Below are positions 1 to 5,190 of a stretch of DNA of 10,613 nucleotides, piece after piece. Where the stretch lies: NCBI GenBank assembly GCA_018650165.1, contig JABIGM010000014.1:1-10613 (forward strand), given 5' to 3'. The notes beneath the pieces are model-generated. The model saw nothing but the letters and a program-made list of their open reading frames with translations. It had not been told where the DNA came from and searched no databases. Numbering within the stretch: position 1 is the first letter of the stretch; every line of letters starts with the position of its first letter. The translations under genes were made by a program, and so were the position numbers. Source of the DNA: Methanobacteriota archaeon (GTDB taxonomy: Archaea > Thermoplasmatota > Poseidoniia > Poseidoniales > Poseidoniaceae).

Positions 1-369
1 ATACCTTCCAGCTCCGCCGGATGTTAAGTCAGAACTGGCAATCGAAGTGTTGAGTCCTTTGTCCGCCAGAGTGAACGTACTTGGCGCCCCCACACGTGAA
101 CGGTCGTTTGTGTTGTCGTGGTTTGTCCATTCGGCACCAGGATCCGGAGTGTTTTCTTCGACAACAATCCCACAACCTCCACAGGAGACTTCACCACGGG
201 AGGTGTCGTTCTTCCATTGAAGGACGCCACATTCGGCACATGGGCTGGTGTGGCCTTCGACTATGCGACGCTGAGGGCGCGTGGCGCCTAGGCCATTACG
301 TGCTATGTTGTCACGTTGTATCTTTCGTTCAATATTGGTTTCGCGGGGGGTGGTTTCATCATGCGCCAT
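1..369 (-). CDS. tfb: Transcription initiation factor IIB (TFB), N-terminal part; gene continues beyond the window start
   Basis: Manual translation from ATG at 369 gives MAHDETTPRETNIERKIQRDNIARNGLGATRPQRRIVEGHTSPCAECGVLQWKNDTSRGEVSCGGCGIVVEENTPDPGAEWTNHDNTNDRSRVGAPSTFTLADKGLNTSIASSDLTSGGAGRY, open to position 1. It contains a zinc ribbon (CAEC...RGEVSCGGCG), a B-reader (DPGAEW...RSRVGAP) and the DKGLxT linker motif. An in-frame TGA lies at 376-378, upstream of the start. Absent from the supplied ORF track. Confidence 0.93.
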   Translation of the reverse strand, partial: MAHDETTPRETNIERKIQRDNIARNGLGATRPQRRIVEGHTSPCAECGVLQWKNDTSRGEVSCGGCGIVVEENTPDPGAEWTNHDNTNDRSRVGAPSTFTLADKGLNTSIASSDLTSGGAGRY

Positions 370-406
370 ATCTTGTCAACTCCGAGTTATGTAGTAGTTC
401 CACAGG

Positions 407-412
407 TTTAAA
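407..412 (-). promoter_or_regulatory. Candidate TATA box for tfb
   Basis: TTTAAA 38 nt upstream of the tfb ATG, preceded on the minus strand by purine-rich GATAAG (BRE-like). Spacing fits a short 5' UTR. Confidence 0.45.
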
Positions 413-501
413 GACTTATCGGTCCGGTTATTGGTTTTCTATGCCGGACTGCGCTCTATAGCAATCTTTTACCCGAGTAACAATAGTTATGCGCAGCCGT
501 C

Positions 502-510
502 TTATTTAAA
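502..510. promoter_or_regulatory. TATA-like element, orientation ambiguous (purA or tfb)
   Basis: TTATTTAAA on plus, TTTAAATAA on minus, in the divergent intergenic region. No clear BRE on either side. Confidence 0.35.
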
Positions 511-537
511 GGCGTGGTTCTCGTGCATCAATTAACT

Positions 538-555
538 AATTATCAATAGATAATT
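538..555. repeat. Perfect inverted repeat AATTATC-N4-GATAATT (operator or RNA hairpin)
   Basis: 538-544 AATTATC is the exact reverse complement of 549-555 GATAATT, with spacer AATA. Confidence 0.6.
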
Positions 556-559
556 TTGT

Positions 560-572
560 GGTGACAGTCACC
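560..572. repeat. Palindrome GGTGAC-A-GTCACC (candidate operator)
   Basis: Perfect 6+1+6 dyad read directly from the sequence. Confidence 0.6.
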
Positions 573-626
573 CCCAGATTCCAAAAATATCCCTTTAATT
601 GGGAATAAATCAATGAATTTACTCGC

Positions 627-650
627 CGCATAGTTCATTCACTCTATGCG
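627..650 (+). other. 7-bp stem-loop in the purA leader
   Basis: CGCATAG (627-633) pairs with CTATGCG (644-650), with a 10-nt loop. Confidence 0.45.
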
Positions 651-672
651 CTGCGCCATCAACGGGAATACT

Positions 673-1959
673 ATGCCGGCCACTGTAGTACTAGGCGCTC
701 AATGGGGAGATGAAGGAAAAGGGAAACTAGTTGACCGCCTTGCGGAAAGTGCAACTTGGGTTGCAAGATTCCAAGGTGGGAACAACGCAGGCCATACTGT
801 CGTACTTGGCGACAGGGTGCTGAAATTCCACCTTTTGCCTTCTGGAATAACACGTGAAGACTGTGGGCTCATACTCGGAGATGGAATGGTAATCGACCCT
901 TGGGTCCTAAACCGTGAACTCGAAGAGTGGGTTGAAGGCGGAGGTTCAGATCCTAGAGGAGAACGATTGTTTATCTCAAACCGTGCACACATTATTTTGC
1001 CTTATCACACCTATATCGATGGCATGGACAAAAAAATTGGCACTACTGGAAGGGGCATCGGCCCAGCCTATGCTGACAAAATTAATCGCATTGGGTTGCG
1101 CTTTGCCGACCTACCTTACTGTAACTTTGAAGAAATGGCTGTTGTTCAAAATCAGGCACTTGAAAATGCAGGTTGCCGACAGCGCGTCACATCCACAGAA
1201 CTCGGAGAACAAATTGGATGGATTAGAGAACGTTTTGGTTCTGCTATTTGTGACACTGGTATTCTTCTAGACAATGCTCTAAAGATGGATGAACGGATTA
1301 TTCTCGAAGGTGCACAAGGATGCCTCCTTGATATCGACCAAGGTACATTCCCCTTCGTCACGTCCTCCGTAACATCTAGAGGTAACGCGACTCATGGAGC
1401 TGGCATTCACCCAGGCCATGTCGATAATGTGATTGGAATTACTAAGGCATACATCACACGAGTTGGTAATGGACATATGCCAACTGAACTATTCGATGCA
1501 GATGGCGATCATCTCGGCACAGTAGGTCAAGAGTTTGGAACTACAACCGGCCGTAAACGCCGTTGTGGATGGTTCGATGCTGTTGTAATGCGTCATGCTA
1601 ACCGAATTAATGGATTCACTGAACTAGCCTTGACAAAATTGGATGTTCTTGGTGGTCTCGATGAAATTAAGATCTGCGTTGGTTACAAGATGGGCGATAC
1701 TGAAATTCATGAAATGCCAGCAAGTGCTATCGCACTCGAAGATTGTGAACCGATTTATGTTACAGTTCCCGGTTTCCCTGAGCACTCACTTGAAGAATGG
1801 TTGGGGATTGCGATGAAATGTAATTCTGAGGGAATTGGATTCAAGGGTTTACCCTCTGCAGCCCAGAGTTATATCTCAAAATTAGAGTCACTGCTCGGGG
1901 TCAAAATCTCATCCGTCGGACTAGGTCCGGACCGTGATGCAACCGTTGACCGCGTGTGA
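673..1959 (+). CDS. purA: Adenylosuccinate synthetase (428 aa)
   Basis: Motifs GAQWGDEGKGK, RFQGGNNAGHT, GTTGRGIGPAY, EGAQG..LDID.GTFPFVTSS, EFGTTTGRKRRCGWFD, LTKLDVL and SVGLGPDR. ATG 673 (MPATVVLG) matches the usual PurA N-terminus better than ATG 646. Confidence 0.98.
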   Translation: MPATVVLGAQWGDEGKGKLVDRLAESATWVARFQGGNNAGHTVVLGDRVLKFHLLPSGITREDCGLILGDGMVIDPWVLNRELEEWVEGGGSDPRGERLFISNRAHIILPYHTYIDGMDKKIGTTGRGIGPAYADKINRIGLRFADLPYCNFEEMAVVQNQALENAGCRQRVTSTELGEQIGWIRERFGSAICDTGILLDNALKMDERIILEGAQGCLLDIDQGTFPFVTSSVTSRGNATHGAGIHPGHVDNVIGITKAYITRVGNGHMPTELFDADGDHLGTVGQEFGTTTGRKRRCGWFDAVVMRHANRINGFTELALTKLDVLGGLDEIKICVGYKMGDTEIHEMPASAIALEDCEPIYVTVPGFPEHSLEEWLGIAMKCNSEGIGFKGLPSAAQSYISKLESLLGVKISSVGLGPDRDATVDRV

Positions 1960-1996
1960 ATCCTCAAAAGGGAGAAACCTACCCGAGGGAAATTAG

Positions 1997-2069
1997 GGGC
2001 GCTTAGATCAGTTGGAAGATCGCTTGGTTTGCAACCAAGAGGCCGGGGGTTCAAATCCCCCAGCGTCCA
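1997..2069 (+). tRNA. tRNA-Ala (anticodon TGC), no intron, CCA not encoded
   Basis: Acceptor stem GGGCGCT (1997-2003) / AGCGTCC (2062-2068) contains the G3:U70 alanine determinant; discriminator A2069. D stem GATC/GATC; anticodon stem CTTGG/CCAAG with TGC at 2030-2032; T arm GGGGG-TTCAAAT-CCCCC. Confidence 0.98.
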
Positions 2070-2145
2070 CTCCCCCCAAACGCGATACTGCATTCCAGTT
2101 GTTTGACGCCACCCGGTTCCACTAAAATGTCGCTAAGTGAATACA

Positions 2146-2172
2146 GGGGTTCAAACCCCCCAGCACCCACCA
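2146..2172 (+). repeat. Degenerate direct repeat of the tRNA 3' end (T arm, acceptor 3' strand, ACCA); att-like
   Basis: 2146-2170 GGGGTTCAAACCCCCCAGCACCCAC matches 2046-2070 GGGGTTCAAATCCCCCAGCGTCCAC at 22 of 25 positions, offset exactly 100 nt. The copy ends in ACCA (2169-2172). Confidence 0.85.
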
Positions 2173-2270
2173 TTCAAAATTAATCCGCGTAGGCTCGGCA
2201 GATACAAACCATCGATGTTCTGTATATTTGCACCACCAACATTGATGGTGCGACCGACATTCGAAGTACC

Positions 2271-3584
2271 ATGGTCGAGATGCCAACCCTAGGTAGTCGT
2301 GTTCGAATCGAGGTAAATGGCCCAGCAGGCCCAACAACTCACGAAGGTGTTGTTTTACCGGGGGCGGCATCAGATCACCTGACGATTAAACTAGTCAATG
2401 GGTACAATGTAAGCCACCCACTTTCGATGGTTACAACACTCGATATACTAGGCGACCCGTCTCTAAAAGCAGCAACTAACAGTCCGATTGTGCAAAATTC
2501 TAGCCTGCCCAAAGTAACGATAATTCACACAGGGGGAACAATCGCCTCTAAGGTGGACTATGCAACGGGGGCAGTAATCGCAAGATTCGAGCCAGAAGAA
2601 TTACTTTCGAGTGTCCCTGGGATTCTAGATATTGCAAATATCGATGCGGTCAAACTTGGAAATATGTGGTCTGATGACATTAGGCCACAACATTGGAACC
2701 AAATGATTGAAGCATGTGAAAATGCATTTGCTGCAGGTTCGGTAGGAGTCGTGATTACACATGGTACTGATACACTACACATTAGTTCAGCCGCACTATC
2801 ATTCGCATTTTCTGGAAATGGCGGTAGACCTGCGGGCAGAATTGTGTTCACTGGCTCTCAGCGCTCTTCGGACAGAGCATCATCAGATGCAACAGAAAAT
2901 CTTCTTTCAGCAGTATATTGGGCAGCCAATGGCCCTGATGTAACAGGCGAAGGAGATTCTGCTGTTACCGTAATGCACGCTGGCTCCGGAGATGGTGTGT
3001 GTGCTGTAAGCCCAGGAGTGAATGTACGAAAGATGCATTCGACTAAGCGGGATGCATTCCAAACGGTGAATGGAGAGATTCTCGGCGAAATTACAATTTC
3101 AAAAGCAGGCCTTACTCACACCTCCAATGTTGGAAAGCAAACCCGTTCGCCAAGTGCTGCATCCAATTATGATGTCAATGTCAAAATTGCACAATTTATT
3201 GCTGGTCCACACCTTCAGGCAGATTTGCTTTCTGCTGCAGAAAGTTCAGGATATTCTGCGATTATAATCCATGGAACTGGACTAGGTCACCTCCCTATCG
3301 AAAATCCCAATGGAGATGCTCCTGAAAACGATGAGTTGGCAAAACTCATTGAATCTTGCACATTGCCTGTGATTGTAGCTAACCAATGCATCAATGGTCC
3401 TGTCGATTTGAATGTATATTCGAAAGGGCGATTACAACAGAAAATCGGGGTGCTTGGACATGGTTCAACCTCTTCCCCCGAGGCATTACTCACCAAAGTT
3501 CATTGGGCACTTTCCAATGGAAAGGACCTAACAATCCTCTCTGAAAACTTGTGTGGAGAGAATAATCCTTCGTTGATGTCTTGA
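2271..3584 (+). CDS. gatD: Glutamyl-tRNA(Gln) amidotransferase subunit D
   Basis: Sm-like N-terminal domain (IKLVNGYNV) followed by an asparaginase-like domain with HTGGTIASKVDY.TGAV, HGTDT, TGSQRSSDR.SSD, RKMHS.KRDAF and GTGLGH. The catalytic Thr, Thr, Asp and Lys motifs are intact. Confidence 0.96.
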   Translation: MVEMPTLGSRVRIEVNGPAGPTTHEGVVLPGAASDHLTIKLVNGYNVSHPLSMVTTLDILGDPSLKAATNSPIVQNSSLPKVTIIHTGGTIASKVDYATGAVIARFEPEELLSSVPGILDIANIDAVKLGNMWSDDIRPQHWNQMIEACENAFAAGSVGVVITHGTDTLHISSAALSFAFSGNGGRPAGRIVFTGSQRSSDRASSDATENLLSAVYWAANGPDVTGEGDSAVTVMHAGSGDGVCAVSPGVNVRKMHSTKRDAFQTVNGEILGEITISKAGLTHTSNVGKQTRSPSAASNYDVNVKIAQFIAGPHLQADLLSAAESSGYSAIIIHGTGLGHLPIENPNGDAPENDELAKLIESCTLPVIVANQCINGPVDLNVYSKGRLQQKIGVLGHGSTSSPEALLTKVHWALSNGKDLTILSENLCGENNPSLMS

Positions 3585-3622
3585 CCGCTTCAATGAAGAA
3601 CCGCAAAGGAGTGGAAGGAATC

Positions 3623-5185
3623 ATGTCGAAAGATTCGAGCGACGCGCTCGAGGACTTGAGATACCGCCGCGAGCAAACTCGTATCGGTGGAGGTCTGAAG
3701 CGTCAAGAGAGCATCAGGATCTCTGGACGTGGAACTGCAAGAGACCGAATTAGATCTCTTTTAGATGAAGAATCATTTGTCGAAATTGACACATTCCTTA
3801 CTCACAGAACTACAGATCATGGAATGTTTATGCATGAAACTCTAGGAGATGGAGTTGTTTGTGGGCACGGTACTGTTGATGGAAGAAGTATCTACTGCTT
3901 CGCTCAAGACTTCTCAGTACATGGTGGTTCGATGGGAGAAATGCATGCTCTAAAAATCGCCAAGGTCGTTGAAATGGCTGAGAGGTCAAAGGTACCACTG
4001 GTGGGTATCTGGGATGGTGGCGGCCAACGTGCACAGGATGGCATTGCAGCACTGGGGGGAACTGGTGAATTACTCGATAGATTAGTACAATGCTCAGGTA
4101 GAATTCCAATGATTTCACTTGTACTCGGACCGGTCGTGGGGGTATCTGCACTAGGGGCGAGCCTCGCTGATTTCACAATCCTTGGAAGTGACCACGGCCA
4201 GTTATTCATGTCATCACCACTTGAGACACCAGAATGTATCAGTGGTGAAGTCGATGCTGCCGGACTGGGTGGCGCAACCCTCCATGCCAGTCGCTCAGGA
4301 ATCGCTTGCATGATTGCAGAAGATGAAGATGAAGCATGCGCTCTGGCTATTGACATTCTAGGATTCTTACCAGACCATAATTTGGCAAGCCCTCCAATTG
4401 AGCCGACAGCAGATGACCCAACTAGGCTGAACCCCGAACTCTCTACATTTGTACCTGACAATCCCAATCGCCCTTACGATATGGTAAAAGTAATCGAAGA
4501 GATTGTTGATGATGGCAACTTTATGGAATTATTCAATTCATATGCAGAGAATATCATCATTGGATTTGGCAGGCTAGATGGTAAGTCGATAGGGGTCGTT
4601 GCTAATCAACCAAAGGTCCTCGCCGGATGCCTAGATATCGATGCATCGATTAAGGCTGCAAGATTTATTCGCACCTGTGATGCATTCAATATCCCACTTG
4701 TAACCCTAGAAGATGTCCCCGGGTTCTTACCTGGTGTTGTTCAGGAATGGGGTGGAATTATCAGACACGGTGCAAAATTGCTTTACGCGTATGCTGAAGC
4801 AACTGTTCCAAAATTAACTTTGATTACAAGAAAGGCCTACGGTGGGGCTTACTTGGCTATGAGTTGTAAGCATTTACAATCTGATTACAACATAGCTTGG
4901 CCAACTGCTGAGTTAGCAGTAATGGGTGCTGAAGGTGCAGTCAATATCATTCATCGAAGGGAGATCGCTGCTGCGACAGATGAGGATAAGGAAACAACCC
5001 GATTGGAATTAGTCGACGAATATAAGTCCAAATTTGGCGACCCATATGTGGCTGCACGTAACGGTTGGCTTGACGATGTAATTGAGCCTGAAGAAAGTCG
5101 CTTGAGATTAATCCGAGCACTTCGTATCCTATCTTCAAAGCGAGAATGGTCCCCCCCCAAGAAGCATGGGAACATACCATTGTGA
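3623..5185 (+). CDS. Acyl-CoA carboxylase carboxyltransferase subunit (PccB / propionyl-CoA carboxylase beta-like, 520 aa)
   Basis: Two-domain carboxyltransferase with AQDFSVHGGSMG, PDNPNRPYDM, GVVANQP, GCLDIDAS.KAARFIR.CDAFNIP, DVPGFLPG, RKAYGGAY, AWPTAE.AVMGAEGA and C-terminal KKHGNIPL. Start placed at ATG 3623 because a Shine-Dalgarno-like AGGAGTG lies at 3607-3613 and the track's TTG 3581 overlaps the gatD stop. Confidence 0.92.
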   Translation: MSKDSSDALEDLRYRREQTRIGGGLKRQESIRISGRGTARDRIRSLLDEESFVEIDTFLTHRTTDHGMFMHETLGDGVVCGHGTVDGRSIYCFAQDFSVHGGSMGEMHALKIAKVVEMAERSKVPLVGIWDGGGQRAQDGIAALGGTGELLDRLVQCSGRIPMISLVLGPVVGVSALGASLADFTILGSDHGQLFMSSPLETPECISGEVDAAGLGGATLHASRSGIACMIAEDEDEACALAIDILGFLPDHNLASPPIEPTADDPTRLNPELSTFVPDNPNRPYDMVKVIEEIVDDGNFMELFNSYAENIIIGFGRLDGKSIGVVANQPKVLAGCLDIDASIKAARFIRTCDAFNIPLVTLEDVPGFLPGVVQEWGGIIRHGAKLLYAYAEATVPKLTLITRKAYGGAYLAMSCKHLQSDYNIAWPTAELAVMGAEGAVNIIHRREIAAATDEDKETTRLELVDEYKSKFGDPYVAARNGWLDDVIEPEESRLRLIRALRILSSKREWSPPKKHGNIPL

Positions 5186-5190
5186 ACAAT

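Noticed and set aside
1-360. Higher GC in tfb (196 of 360, about 54% by hand count) than in the AT-richer right part of the window
   Set aside because: Explained by Arg/Gly/Ala/Pro-rich coding content; no mobility signature or sharp boundary.
24-461. Track ORFs 24..239 (-) and 81..461 (+)
   Set aside because: Off-frame and antisense shadows of the tfb gene, which occupies another minus-strand frame with clear motifs.
598-650. tmRNA-like look: reading frame ...NKSMNLLAA* ending in a stop-codon hairpin, resembling an ssrA tag plus helix 5
   Set aside because: No tRNA-like 5' end or T-arm/CCA 3' end flanks it. The only spare tRNA 3' fragment is 1.5 kb away beyond purA and has no matching 5' strand after it, so a permuted two-piece gene does not fit either. 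tmRNA is not established in archaea. Treated as coincidence or a uORF.
474-656. Long-range 7-nt complements (474-480 with 619-625; 491-497 with 650-656)
   Set aside because: The pairings cross rather than nest, straddle the likely TATA element, and are short enough to occur by chance.
2070-2172. A second complete, split or permuted tRNA ending at 2172
   Set aside because: No GGGTGCT-like acceptor 5' strand, D arm or anticodon arm is found in 2070-2145 or downstream to 2270.
2230-2251. 6-bp hairpin GCACCA/TGGTGC upstream of gatD
   Set aside because: Short stem with a 10-nt loop and no U tract; not distinguishable from chance without conservation data.
2271-3584. gatD without an adjacent gatE
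   Set aside because: The two genes need not be linked and gatE may lie elsewhere; nothing can be concluded from one window.
5151-5158. C8 homopolymer as a phase-variation site
   Set aside because: It encodes the in-frame S-P-P just before the conserved terminal KKHGNIPL, with no sign of frameshift.
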